From Lytechinus pictus (lineage: Eukaryota), in assembly GCF_037042905.1 (NCBI RefSeq), contig NC_087251.1, positions 34,040,001-34,104,000 of the forward strand: 64,000 nucleotides of DNA. Reading direction: 5' to 3'. A program made the translations under genes and the position numbers. The notes below the pieces were generated by a model. That model ran no database searches, was not told the origin of the DNA, and saw only the letters and a program-made list of their open reading frames with translations. Below, in pieces: positions 50,301 through 64,000 of this stretch; the first letter of the stretch is position 1, and every line of letters begins with the position of its first letter.

Positions 50301-53300
50301 ATACACAGCAGGTCGAAAAACACATTATTTCATGCATTGCATTTTCATGACCTTACAGTAATTGCGTCAGTACAGCAGCTGTTCTAGACAGTCTGTAATT
50401 ATTGTGCAGTAACAGGCTGAGTGAGAGATAATCTCTTGATGTTGTCCTTTCCCTGTATAGATGACAATCTATTCATTCCATTTATATGATCCTACATGTA
50501 GCAGCATACATATGAAGCACCGTTGAATCGGGAGTAGGATTGCAAATCAGGAGACATGGAGATAGTATCTTTTAAATAGGGAGGGTTGAAAGAAATACAG
50601 CACATTGAATAATTGATTGGAATTCCTTACACTCAGTGTTTTTTTGTGCGGTTAAGATTCTTATGGTCCTGCATATTATGTACATGTATTGACGATGCTG
50701 AAATTGTTTACTCTGTTCTGTTTGCAGAATGCTTATATTAGATTTTTTCATACGTAACAGTACATGATTGCAGATTATAATTCAATTCCATTTAGTAAAA
50801 ATAAAGTGGGCAATGATGATTACTCCATAAATATTTGTTTATAGCACTAGTTTGAAGAAGAAAAAAAACCCACAACTTGTGCCAGTCTGGTTCACAAAAT
50901 ATGACCCCAAATTTTATGCGTAATAGCTGTCCTAAATACATACAGTTTGTCGAGGGGTATTATTCAAAATTTGATCATTTCAGATATATATAAAATATAA
51001 ATATATGTAGACCTATGTACAAACACATATATGTTCAATATGTGGCTAGGCATGAGGAATGAGAATTCTTGTAGTTTAATAAAGGGATAGAATAGAGGTG
51101 ATGGCAAATAAATCCCATTGAAATGAAATTACAGTACATGTAGTATCATGTTTATACTTTGCATTCATCAAAATATGTGTGTTAAATCGTGTGGCATTCC
51201 TTCCTTGAATCCTTGCGAATTTGGTATTTATGTCTGCAATATTATGGTTAAAAAAAGGTCAGTGATAGGCAGAGGTGCCTCCATGCCTCCATGCCTACAA
51301 GCTTGACTTTAATTAAATGATGCATTGCTTCTGGTATTTACATACATGTAGGCAAATTGTGTTTGTGTGTTTGAGCTGATATTGAACTCAAATAGACAAC
51401 ACCGTCGTCAAGAGAAACAAATAAAAAAAATATATATATATATATTTCTGCCATTTTTTTATCAAATTTGCTCATATACTAACAGTGATATTCTAATTGA
51501 AGTTCAGGGTTGTATTATGAACTCTATCCTAGTTGACAAGATAATTAATCTAACCCATATTGCCCATTTACTGAACTTAAACTAAACACAGACAGAGCAT
51601 ACCATATAAAACACTGAAAATTTCATCTTTTATTTTCTTTCCTGAACATTGTTGTATGATAACACACTTAAATAATCTTTTCCATTAGCTCCCCTACCCA
51701 TTGACCTGTTTAGAAAGCCGTGATGGTCCTGGCTTATACCCCAATCTTGGCCCTGATCAATATTTAATAGATTGCTCTCTGCACCGCTCTTGCTTTTCCA
51801 ACCACGTAAAGACCTGCAAAATTGATTGCTGGCTGTGCAGTCTGGGGCTATTAATTTGAGGGAGATGGATGGAGGAATAATGCAGAGTGTTTTCTTCTTG
51901 ATCAGGAGAGAGAGAGAGAGTCATGCCAGCAATCAAGGCTTTTTGTCTCTCTTGGGTATGTTGCTTTGGGAGTGATTGAGTATGGATTTAAATTACAGCA
52001 TTGATCCCAAGAGATTCCCATGGAGGTGTTAACGCTGATGTAACCTTTCGAAAGAAATGATTGATGCAGGTGTCTTTATTTGATTTGATTGAATTTTCAT
52101 CTTGATCTTTCCATATTCTTGAAATACATTGATAAATTTTAAAGCATTTTTGATAAAGGGGGAGTGAACCGTGTGTGGTCTCTCATTGACTGTGTGTTAT
52201 AAATACATAGTCTTAAAATATACGTTTTCAGATATCTACTAATACTACAGAGAATAAATTGACCTATAATTGTATTTGTATAGAGAAAATAAAATGTTTT
52301 GAGAGGAAAATTAATTGTTTTTCTACTTGGTAACATAATTATTGCGGTATAAATGTGTAGAGTAGATAATTAACATGTTATCATTCAAGTGGGTCTATAT
52401 TAATAGACTACAGTACACTAGCATTATTATGGGTAATATGGGTCACTAGCATTATTATAGGTTCGTATCTGCTTTAAAACTTCAATGCATGCAAGTGTTA
52501 TTGAAGTTTTGAAATAAAAATATCACTTTTAAATTTTTGATATATATCAGATATCGTAATCCAGATGTATACACAGCAACAGCATCTATCATTTTGTGAT
52601 TATCATTTTGATTGTATTCTTTACAGATTCATATTTTCTAAATTAGAAGTTGCTAAACAGTCACTGACACATGTATTTTTCAGTCATATTGCATTAGTGT
52701 TAAGTGTGTTTTGTTTTTATTGTTATTACACAAGCTTTTTGCTGCATATTATCATATACTGTACAATACAAGCATTTGTATTCATTCGATTTGGGACGAC
52801 AGAGTCGAATAAAATCTTTTCTTATCTTTTGAAATGAAACATGAAAGGTAACATTTACCCAGGACCTCTGTCTGACAAGGTGTGATTTTTCCCATGCAGT
52901 CAAGTGAGACAACAAATGATAAGAGAGTACACATATTGCATGCATTTACATGTATGTTAACAAGACAAATTTTCCCTTTGACAGTGGTGAAGCCATAAAA
53001 GTGACTGTTGGCATTTTAAGATGTGCTTTTACAAGCTTTTTTTATCATAAATGGATTTAAAAAAAGAAACCATAGACAAATTTTCTGAGCTTTACCAGTC
53101 CAGTATGATCTGTACCAATCTGTATTGTGTGTAGGCATACTGGTACATAATACCCCTTTCATATTACCGAAGTTATACCGAAGTTGTTTTACCTGACTGC
53201 TAAGAAAGCACGAATGCCTGTTAGCAAGCAACCAGGGGACCAACGGCTTAAGGTCCTCTCCGAGGGACCTGGTAATGAGGATAAATGCCTTACCAAAGGG

Positions 53301-56300
53301 CACTAGCGCACCACTTGGGAATCGAACCCGGGTTACCGGCGCTTTTCACCGGCAAAGTTCGCCAGCGAAGGGGAAAGTGTCCAGTATGAAAGGTACACAG
53401 GAGAACTTCACCGGTGAAGTTCGCCGACTTCTCCACCTCTAGAGGTGGAGAACTTCGCCGGTGAAACAGTTTCGATTATATTTTTTGTAAATCATTGGTA
53501 AAATACATGTATAAACTACCCTATTCTCACTTGTTAGCCAAATTTTCCTTAAAGGGATGGTCCGGGCTGAAAATATTTATATCTTAATACATAGAGTAGA
53601 ATTCACTGAGCAAAATGTCGAAAATTTCATCAAAATCGGATTACAAATAATAAAGTTATTAAAGTTTAAAATTTAGCAATATTTTGTGAAAACAGTCGTC
53701 ATGAATATTCATTAGGTGGGCTGATAATGTCACATCTCCACTTTCCGTTTTCTTATGTTATTACATAAAATCATAATTTTTTCATTATTTCATACTTGTG
53801 TGAATAATATGTCTCCCTTATAATGAAATAAGTTGTAGCAATAAATATATAATGCACTAAATCAGTTGTCAATCCAATTTGTCTAGTTCTTGGAGGAAAA
53901 AAATTGAATAAACTTAATTTCATATAATAAAATACAAAAGAACAAGTAGAGATGTGACATCATCAGCCCACCTAATGAATATTCATGACGACTGTTTTCA
54001 CAAAATATTGCTTAACTTTAAAATTCAATAACTTTGTTATTTGTTATCCGATTTTGATGAAATTTTCGGCATTTTGCTCAGTGAATTCTACTCTATTTAT
54101 TAAGCTATACTTTCAGCCCGGACCATCCCTTTAACTCTGTACTAGAAGTGGAGCTAAATCAAATGACAAGTTACATTAACCCCCACCATTAGTCCAGGGT
54201 TAAACTTGGTCCACTCTTATGCTTTTCACACTGCACTTTTTTCCCTTAACCCCAGGAAATTGGTGGAGCTAAGGGGGTCTTAGCCCCACTAATTTCCTGG
54301 GATTAAGCTTAGCCCTCCTCATTTTCACACTACGTTTTAGCAAAGTGGGCTAGCACGGTAAATAGTACGGTACTGTCTGGCCCTGCAAAAAAGCAGGGTT
54401 AGTTGGCTTATTGTGGTGCCAGCACCACAATTGCGGTGCTAAGAGATGCAGTGTGAAAGGAAAGTGGGCTAAGGAAAAGTGGGGCTAAGCATTAGCCAAT
54501 CACAGAAGTCAAAATTTCATGTTAATTGTGCTCTGTATGGTAAAATCATCAATATTTATGAGCTGTGTGATAGTCCAGGGTTAAGGCGTTAACACCGGCT
54601 TAGCAAATAGTATGGGGTTAGACAGTGTGAATCCAAAAAAGATAGTATGGGGTTAATTAAGGATATGGGGTTAAGGAAATGCAGTGTGAAAAGCATATTT
54701 CTGTATTCACATTTTTCAGAGTGGGCTAACTCCCCCCCCCCCTTAGTATGGGACTCTGTGGCCAGGCTTGTATACATGTACATGTAAGTACCGACAACTG
54801 TACGGTACATGTTTTAGGCCTAACTGTTCTGAGAAATTCTAGAATGTCATACTTTATTTAACATCCGATTTTGATGAAATTTTCTAATTTTCCTCTTCAA
54901 TAATTTTTCATCTCATTCCTCAATGCAGAACTGGTTTTACCATTTAAAAAAATATATGTTATTTAAGATTTTTATCTTTTGCACAACTTGAACTACATTA
55001 TTTTTTGCACTAAGGGTGTGTTTATGCTTCCAATGCAAGGACAGAATCAGCGTTTTCGAACGTTGTTTCAAAACGCCGATCGTAAACGTGGTTCTGGGAG
55101 TGCTGTTTATGCTTAACTTTTCAGAGGCGAAATCACGAACTCCAGCTGGCTTTGCATCGTAATTTTCGTTGAGCAGGAAAGCGACGTTTACAAACGCACC
55201 TTTTTGTGAGTTTATGATCGGCGTTTTGAAACGTCTTTCAAATGAAAGTAAGCATGGACGCAACCGTGTTTTGGACTAATCACGTATGGAAACGCTGATT
55301 CTGGCCTGAAAAGTGGAAGCATAAACACGGCCTAATTGAATTCAATTATTCAAGTGAATGGCCTCTAAATTTATTAGTAATACCAAGCTTGATTAATTTG
55401 AAGGTCTTTGTATTCTCCTGCTTTTGTCAAGTTTTGTATGTCAGGTTTCATCGATGTCATGAGAGTTCTGCCCTGTACATTTAAGATGTTCACAAAGTTC
55501 TATATCATCATTGTGGTACATTGTAATTTGAGCCTGTAATGTTCATGTATATTCCAGCCTGGGGAATAAGAATTGTATGAATATTAAAGCCTTTTTGGCC
55601 GGCCACAATCCCTCATCACTCAATCCTTGGGGGTGTGACATTCAAGGCAAGCAAATACTAGTAGCCACCGTGTCACCTGCTATCCTCCAGCACCTAATGT
55701 ACATGACTTGTATAGGGTGTTTTTTTTTATTTTAAAGGAAAATGTTGATTTGAATAAATAGAGAAAAATCAAACTAGAATAATGGTGAAAATTTCATCAA
55801 AATCAGATTTAAACTAAAAAAGTTATGACATTTTAAAGTTACGCTTATTTTTCACAAAACAGTGATATGCACAACTCAGTGTCATGCAAATGAGTCAGTC
55901 GATGATGTCTATCACTCACTATTTCTTTTGTTTTTTTATTGTTTGAATTATACAATATTTCATTTTTGCAGATTTGACAATAAAGACCAACTTGACTAAA
56001 CTATATAATGCTACAATGCTAATTCCACATGTTCAGGGAGAAATTAATCAGTTTCACTTGACAATAAGGAGAACATTAGAATATTTCATACTTCACATAA
56101 TAAAATACAAAAGAGTGAGTGGATGATGTCATCAGTCTCCTCATTTGCATACCAACCAAGATGTGCATATAACTGTTTTGTGAATTTAAGCAAAACTTTA
56201 AAATGTCATCTTATTTTACATCCGATTTTGATGAAATTTTCAGTGTATGCTTGTTGGATTTTTCTCTTTTTACTCTAATCAACTTTTTGTTGGGTAGGAC

Positions 56301-59300
56301 TTGTCCTTTAAATATTAATTCAGACATAGTAAATGTTGTTGAGCTGTACGGTAATTCGAAAACATAATAACCCTCACCAAACTCTCATGAGTGCCATATG
56401 ATTTTATTATTATTTTTATTGTTTCATTTCTTGACTTTTAAATACATCTAATACCCTGATCAGGGTCCCATTTCATTTGTTATTAAAATAACAAAATGCT
56501 TAATTTCTAGTACAAGTTTAATTTCAGCCAATCCAGTTGAATGATTTCAGTAGCTTTAAACTACTAATATGTTATCATATCAATTTTTATTAAATGGGCC
56601 CCAGGCCTGACTTTACAAGAAATATTAAAAATGTAAATGATTATGATCTTAGATATAGAGATATTTAGTGTACAATATGGTTGTAATACAAAGTATATGT
56701 TCTTCCATAAATATGTTTTAAGTTTATACACCATACTACCGGTACTATCATCAGCTGTCACTCATATAGTTTGCACCAGCTGTTAATAAATTGTAATCAC
56801 AAACTAGGCTATAGCATCCTAAAAAAAGAGCAGCTATGATGGCAAAATCAAACAATTGACATAAATTTGATAAGGGACATATCCTGTATAAAACAACTTT
56901 AGCAAAAATGTACTGTACATAGATCTGTACACAGTCAATGCAATACAGTATGTTGCCTTCAGTACATACAGTGTCAAGAGGAAACATACATTTTACATTA
57001 TTAACAGTGCTGTAAAAGGAAAACATATGCTGGGAAAAAAAGTATAACACCTATAAAATGTAGCTACACTGTATCATAGAATTTACTAGACATGTACATG
57101 TCATGTATGCCTACATGTTAAAGAGAAAACTACGGTATACCCTCTTTTTTTTTTTTTTTGCTTAAAGGAAAATCAAATCCTTGAAACAAGATAGCTTGTG
57201 CAAAAACAGAAAAATCAGAGAAACAGATGAATGAAAGTTTGAGAAAAATTGAATGGATAATTAAGAAAGTTTATGAGCATTTGAGGTTTAGATCATTATT
57301 GTAATGTAGATCCACCCATTGGCAATGCAACAAAGATGTGTGATATCACATGTGAACAACTTCCCATAACTTTTCTATATATATTTCAATTACGGTAAAA
57401 TGCCTCTTTTATCACATCTATCAGTAGATCACATATTAGCTATCACATATTCTTTCTAGAGGAGGGTATGTTATACAGATTTTCAAACAATATATTATGG
57501 ATAAAGAGTTTGTATCTTCCTTTAAAAGAGCAAAATATACATTTTCAGGGTATTTTATAGTCCATCAAAGGGAAAGTTGTTCACATGTGACATCACAAAT
57601 ATTTGTCGCATTGCCAATAGAAGGATCTCCATAGCATTAGTGATCGCAATATTCAAATGTTCATAACTTTCTCATTATTGTCATTTTTTTCTCAAACTTG
57701 CTTTGATCTTATTCTTTGATTTTTCTGTTTCCACAGAAGCCAACTTGTTCCAAAGGTGTCATTCCCCTTAAATATGATCAGTCTCGTCTGTATGATCATT
57801 AAATATGATGATGCATGTTTTCAGACTTTCAATCATTGAAGCGTAATTCACAATGTGTCATCTAACTTTCATCAATCATGACTTTATTCTGAGTGATGAT
57901 ATGATCTTTCATTTTGACAGGAAATGAAATATGAAATATGAATGTCATTGCAACCCTAAAAAATGAACGAGGCAACAGCAGCCAGAATGCCAGATATTCA
58001 TTTCTCCCCCCCCCCCCAAAAAAAAAGAAGATAAAAAAACAAACTGTGAATTGAGTAATTTAAATACCAAGAATTGTATCACATGACAAGATATGACATC
58101 TCTTGGGAAAAGTAAGAAGTCTTGGTCATTGAGGCGTCAAGAATAATGCTTTAGTGATCACAGCAAAGAGTTATGTATTGTTGATTCATAGTCATTCACG
58201 CATGTCTGATGTCTGATAACAATTTTGCAGCTCCAGTGAAGTACAAAAGCTATATATCACTTTTTTAATGATATGCAACTCATTATATGATAGCCAGGCT
58301 ATTTCCAACATACTGTACTTTTAGATATTACAACCCACATGTACTTATACATGTACATGTAGTTGCTAGTATATTTATGCCATGCTTTCCTCAATACCCA
58401 ATGTATAATGGAATAATGATTCCATATGGCTTCATTGTGCAGAATACCAGTATGCAAGGAATCTGCAAAATGATGCAAAGGTACAGGCCTACTTCTGATT
58501 TGACTCTGATTTTTAGAAACATTTGTTTGTTAGAGTGCATATTCTATTCTAATCATTGTAAACTCAGGGTTGACTACCTTCTTAGCAATATACATGTACA
58601 GTATGTATCCAGCAACCTTCAAACTAACATTAAGTCACTTTGAATGAATTTTGAGGTTTCATTTTTAGCATGAAAGAGCACACATCCCCTAAGCTTATCA
58701 ATAAGTACCCACACAAGTGCTGTAGAAGAAATTTGGTGAGTGCTTCAAAGAATAAGGGGAAAACAATGTTTGAAGTTCTGGGTTCACGCTACAATTATCC
58801 AAGTGAAACTTCCAAGCAGTCTAGAAAAAATGGTGCCAAAGTAATTCTTTTACAGTATCTCGTCTTTTATCAACAAGAATTTTGGACACTATGAAAAAGA
58901 TTGAATCTTTTAGATAAGCTAATATTCTCATTTTTAATTTATGAAAACTATAATATTGCTTTGACTATTCCCAGAGGACCTTCCCTGGCAAAGTATTGTT
59001 GGTTTTTGTTTTGGGGGTGGCAAGTCACATATTCTACTGGTTACTTTGGGTAAATTTTGTCAGGTTTGTCACTCAAAATCAATGTACAATCTTATTCTTT
59101 TAACAACTTGGCCTCTTCTCTTTCCTGTTTATTACAGAGTATGCATATGGAGGACATCCGTTCCCATTCACTGGAATATTTGAAATAGAGCCCAGAGATG
59201 TTTCAGATTTAGGAGAACAATTTAGTTTTAAGTAAGTACTATGTGAATTAATGATTTGACTTCCAACATATCGCGTTGTCAAGTCATCCTCTTGTTTGAT

Positions 59301-62294
59301 AGAAAACAACCTTGTACAGACTGTGACTGATAATATTCAGTATGTTCAGTCAATATAGAATCTAGATTAGCTTTTATTTAGTTTTTGCAGCACTAGAAGG
59401 TTGAATTACAATTGAAAATGCAAAATTAAGTATAAAAGTAAGGGGGAACCCAACCTTTCAAGATCGCAAACTGGTGTCTGAGAAATATAACAAAAACAGA
59501 ATGGTGAGAGTGGAAAGATGTTTGGTTAAGAATAAGAAATTTATTTTGATGAGATCACTAAAAGACTATGTTACATGTAATTTGAAATTGACAATTCAGT
59601 AAATAAATCTTGACAAGTGGTTGGAATAGCTTTCCTATGGGATGTGTATAGGCCAGGAATTTCTATTTTTCTCATAAGCACCTTTGCCCTGGGTCTGACT
59701 CTGAAATAAAGATATTTTGCTGTATACATGTCTTGATGAAAGAATACAATTGATGTAAAACTTAAAAAATTGCATTTTAGCCATTTTGTGTAAGAGTATA
59801 TGGAGGCTGAAAATCTAATTTAATACAGGGCCCCGTCTAACAAAGAGTTGCGATTGATCCAAGCAGTCACAACTATGGACGGCAAGCATCATCAAAATCT
59901 ATTATGCATGTTTTTTCAAAATATTTTCTAACTATGATGTATATTCATCCAGTACATTCATTGTTTTCTTGAAAATTCACTGTGCTTCTCTTTGTTTACA
60001 AAGGACATTGTGCAAATTTCCTGTAGAAAAAAATTATGACACGAATATGTATTTCCATAGATTTACGATTGATTGGATCAATCGTAACTCTTTTGTAAGA
60101 CAGGGCCCCAGGAATCTTGTCTTATACATGTATGTGCATACAGACACTGGGGTGTATCATAAGGATAAATTTGCCAGCTTTCTATAAATTTTAGATGTGC
60201 ATATTGCTGAATATTTCAGCGGCATGAAACAAATTATGTGCGCTGTAACTTACAGCATACATAATTTTGTTTCATGCACTTATAGGGGTTGTATACAATG
60301 AAGTGCTGCAAGTCTGACGCCATGTTTGGTTCAGTTTGGCTGGGTTTGACATTTTTCCCCCTGAACTTTGGTGTGGTGCGGGGTTTAGCAATGTATGACT
60401 ATTAAACTAAATTATAGAATTCAAATAAAGAGTGCCAGCACTGAGCAAACAAGGTTGTCATTATAACGAGGGTCTGTATTATACATAAACAATTTTTTTT
60501 AAAGGAAAAGTTATAAAAATTGTTGAATAAATTTGTTATCTATTCTTTTTTTGAACAAAAATAAAAGTCAAACAAAAAATAAAAATTCCTCAGAAAATAT
60601 AATGAAAATGAGAGAATGATGGTCGAAACAGAATTTCAAACAACAGATGTTTTTTTCACTTTTAACTTCCATCTAGATGATTATGATAATCGTTTCTGGG
60701 CAAAAAAATTGTGAAGAAATGATATCGCCCCTGGAAGGGTATTGTCTTTAACCCAGCTAGATACGCCACTGTCTCAATGTGTTGATTTTCGGTAGGAGCA
60801 ATTGTTGCAGGAGCGAATGTCATATAACCTTAGAATGTTTTTCCTGTTGATTTTACAGGGAGACGATAGTTCTAGGTCAGACCGACCTCACAGAGGAAGA
60901 TGTTGTTAAAGTTGTTGACTGCCTTGGTAAGAAGTATCCCGGTGAGGCATACCATCTCATACACAAGAACTGCAATCACTTCACCCAGGAATTAGTACAA
61001 GTAAGATGCTTTTCAAAGCAGGGAGGGGTTTCACAGAGTCGAGTCATGCTCAAATGCCGATGCGTACATGATATGTAACGTGTAATCTTATTGACTAATA
61101 TGCCGTAGCGTGCTTCTTCTTAGCTTGATTTGACCATTACGGTGATGTCGTTTATACCAGACGCAACTTGGGATTTAAGTGTGTCTCAAAGTCACTCTTA
61201 AATCATTGTGAAACACCCACCCCTCCCCCAAATCAATGTACAGGTATAAACAAGATGCAAGGAGGCCAGTCTTCAGTCTTTTGTCTGATTTTTGGCTCTG
61301 ACATCTTCCCATTTCATGATTTTTTCACATATTAGGTCTGACTGGCATCCCTGAGGATGCTACATGTATGATGATTGGAAATTAACATTGAAATTTAAAT
61401 TTGTCAAGTATATTGTTGATAAAACTTAAGTATGTAATTTATTGATATTATTACCATTATTTGTCTTTATTGTGATAAAAAAATCATTATCACCATTGTT
61501 TGTTTGTTTATTTATTTTCCGATTATCAAAAAACACAATACATAAATATAAATAACATAGATGGCATCAATTGAAATAAACAAAATTAATGGCAAATATG
61601 TTGAATAAAAATAATCGAAAGGATTGCCCATCTCAGAGTCATTAACATAATTACTCTGTTCTTCCATTAACATGAATACAATTCATCCCATTATTAGTAT
61701 AATTTATACCAAATGCCAATATTATAATTATTGCTAACATTTGTCATAAATGATAAAAGGAGAAGGATGTAATTGTGATAATTATGCAGAACAAATACTG
61801 ATTCAAGCATTTTACTTGTAAATATGTAGAAAATGCTTTGCTGATAATTGTTAGAATGAATAAAAGTTTGTAAAATGGGTTTTGATAAATCATGTATGTA
61901 GTTTGATATTTTATCTATAGCTATTATTATCATTCTTTACTTTGATGTGGAGGCTTAATTTATCCTTATTTGCACTTCCAGGAAATACTGGCTCTCTGGT
62001 TTATGGATTGTTCTTAAGGGAATGGCTTTACCAATGTTTTTCCAATAATAGATTTAAACTGATTTACCCTTGTTTCTACTGACACTCTATCTATAGATAC
62101 TCTGTGGCAAGGAAATACCATCATGGATTAACCGGTTAGCTGCTGTAGGAGCACGCCTGCCTTTCATGGAGCGGATGCTACCCAAGGAGTGGCTTACCCC
62201 TCTAGCCCTAGTGGAGAACAACTCTGTCAAAGAACCTGAACCCTCAAGAACACCTAGTGACTCAGAAACAGGGAGCAAATCATCGCTGTTATGA
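47339..62294 (+). CDS. DESI2: DESI2/PPPDE1 desumoylating/deubiquitinating isopeptidase (PPPDE family), 5 coding exons, ~206 aa
   Basis: Exons 47339-47452, 49870-49942, 59138-59231, 60859-61000, 62097-62294 (621 nt, phases consistent). [32 protein letters not shown] (catalytic His), [11 protein letters not shown] (catalytic Cys), [23 protein letters not shown]. The start could instead be the in-frame ATG at 47372. Confidence 0.93.
48864..49215 (-). mobile_element. tRNA-derived SINE, full length
   Basis: Minus strand: A-box TGGTGTAGCGG, B-box GTTCGAATCCC, core CACCCAGGTGTTAAATGGGTACC, tail AAGCGCTATATAAATGC + (TTA)n; possible TSD ATGTA. Confidence 0.85.
53187..53335 (-). mobile_element. 5'-truncated tRNA-derived SINE of a second family (Meta-domain-like core)
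   Basis: Minus strand: B-box GGTTCGATTCCC and core GTCCCTCGGAGAGGACCTTAAGCCGTTGGTCCC; degenerate relative at ~33700-33790. Confidence 0.65.
53553..54130. mobile_element. Kolobok-like MITE (TTAA TSD, AG...CT ends), intact
   Basis: TTAA|AGGGATGGTCCGGGCTGAAA...TTTCAGCCCGGACCATCCCT|TTAA, with inverted arms of about 190 bp. Confidence 0.88.
54219..54697. mobile_element. Palindromic MITE, Harbinger-like
   Basis: ATGCTTTTCACACTGCA / TGCAGTGTGAAAAGCAT inverted ends. Confidence 0.7.
55014..55332. mobile_element. Harbinger-like MITE (TAA TSD)
   Basis: TAA|GGGTGTGTTTATGCTTCCA...TGGAAGCATAAACACGGCC|TAA. Confidence 0.75.
55736..56307. mobile_element. Diverged Kolobok-like MITE
   Basis: TTAAAGG...CCTTTAA ends and the inverted motif AAAATTTCATCAAAATC / GATTTTGATGAAATTTT. 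Related fragments at ~8290-9330, ~46200-46500 and ~48350-48850. Confidence 0.7.
57167..57767. mobile_element. Diverged TTAA-flanked fold-back MITE
   Basis: TTAAAGGAAAATC...CATTCCCCTTAA ends; internal inverted TCACATGTGAACAACTTTCCC / GGGAAAGTTGTTCACATGTGA. Confidence 0.7.
59829..60108. mobile_element. Harbinger-like MITE (CAG TSD)
   Basis: CAG|GGCCCCGTCTAACAAAGAGTTGCGATTGATCC...GGATCAATCGTAACTCTTTTGTAAGACAGGGCCC|CAG. Confidence 0.75.
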
Positions 62295-64000
62295 CCACCC
62301 TGAATCCTCCTTGGGGAAGGGTTTTTACACTAGAGTGCCACAGGGATGCCATGTGTGCTTGCTTTTATCGTGACTTGAGGAGAGGTAACAGATACGGAGG
62401 GAGTTTCTCGGGAGCAGTTAGCCACCGAGCCATCGTTCCCCTTGTTTGGCAGATAGTACCTCTCCATTTATTTGATTGTAACATCAGTAAACAGAGTGTG
62501 TGCACTTTGCGGATGGTGTCCAGATCCAGGCTCGCATCGAAACCCAAACATACATTTACTCTATTCTGGGGTGTAAAAGATATAATATTTCCAATTATTA
62601 TTGTTATAATAATTTATATTATGACCATTGAAATAATAATTTTTACTGATAATGCGACCCTGTATCAATAAAACTACACATGAATGGCATGGATCTGAGA
62701 TAGTTCTTTGACATACAGAGGCTCTCTTTTAATAAATGTTACGTCTGTTCAACAATAGTGTGGAACTGAAAAAAAATGGTTGAGAATATATGAGGTCCAG
62801 AAATGGTACACTCGTTCTATCAAATATTTTGCCACCAGACACAATTCCTATCAGTTCCTGAAGCATGTATCAAGAAAAAAAATTGTGATGTTAAATTCCT
62901 ACATTGGTATATTTCCTCCCGCCTTTTAAAATAGAGACAGAACTAGCATGCTGCGCTGTGCCTTCAGAGATTGTATATTTAATCAAGAGAAATGGTGGTA
63001 TTCATGATACGAGGTCATCCTTTCAAATATTGATATCGTAGTCTCTGCACAATTGCCCCAATTAGCACAGTGACCCTCCAAGACATAGAATGCCAAAAGA
63101 GCAAGGAGATCAACTTTGTGGCACTCACACTCGATTTTACTACTAGTATCTCTTTTTTATAAACTTAGTGTTGAATATAAACAGATAGATATCTATTTTT
63201 GTGTGCTTACAATTGTACAAAGCTGATATCATAAACAGAAATTTGTTTACAAAATATATGTATATATTTATTGAAGTAGACTTGTATCATCATTGTATAC
63301 ATAATTTATTGGAATGGTTGTAATAATCATCTAGTTATCTAGTCAGATCATTGATATGTAGATGTATATTTGCATTGTTCCTATGGGTATCAAGTATTAT
63401 GGAACATGTAGACCGTGCCTTGGGGACTTTATAGAGAATCAATAGAAAAGGCAGAGATAATATTTCTAATATTGAAGGGAATTGCATTATTTTGGAAATC
63501 AAAATATATTTTAAGAAATGTGCAGGTAATGTTCATACAGTTGCTGATTTCAGCTGAGCTAAAGGTGAAAAGTCTCTCCCAAAGTACTTTGCTAATTGCC
63601 AGTTTTTCTAATCATAGTTCTTCATGTGATGTTAAGTCTCATCCAAAATTTCTTTGACTACCAATTTATCAAATAACCATTCAAACACTTTGCACTTTTT
63701 ATGTTTAAAAAATGAATTAGTTGAGCTGTTCTATAAAGAGGAATTCAGAGTGACACATTTACTCGGATCTAATATATGAGGGCATAGGTTTAGCGTTGTT
63801 CAGATCAAGGATTAGGGTTTATTTTGTTTTGGAGGTTAGCTTTTATGTTCGCTTAACATGCAGATTTTCTATCAGAACATTTGTCACTGGAGCAAATGTT
63901 ATAGAACCGTCTTCAGAGGAAGTGAAATAAATGAAATTATATTAAAAACGCATGGCAGACTTTATAGATTTGAAAAAGTCTTCCCTATGGAAGAATGTTG

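Noticed and set aside
61684..61696. ZNF410-like binding motif CATCCCATTATT
   Set aside because: Single imperfect site in AT-rich intron, whereas ZNF410 function is known to rely on motif clusters.
62292..62303. Stop-codon read-through or selenocysteine at the DESI2 TGA-C
   Set aside because: A second in-frame TGA follows two codons later, and no SECIS was recognised.

Overview
AT-rich, intron-containing animal genomic DNA, not prokaryotic. The repeat landscape suggests a marine invertebrate deuterostome such as a sea urchin (inference). Three spliced genes were assembled by hand with consistent GT-AG sites and intron phases: a ZNF410-like C2H2 zinc-finger gene (minus strand, CDS 13129->4368, probable non-coding first exon near 22.4-22.65 kb), RTRAF/C14orf166 (minus, 36332->29145) and DESI2/PPPDE1 (plus, 47339->62294). 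The first intron of the ZNF410-like gene carries an uninterrupted APE-endonuclease/reverse-transcriptase LINE (CR1/L2 group) in antisense, with no visible ORF1. Introns and intergenic DNA are full of non-autonomous DNA transposons (Kolobok-, hAT-, Harbinger-, Tc1/mariner- and Helentron-like, several nested), tRNA-derived SINEs and (CAT)n microsatellites. The most notable points are a synonymously diverged 8-aa His-containing repeat array and an extra zinc finger in the ZNF410-like protein, uORFs upstream of two genes, the LINE's structured 5' region with a small ORF, and two TA-flanked element families with non-canonical ends. I found no clear new multi-gene system. Gene names come from recalled human sequences, not database searches.
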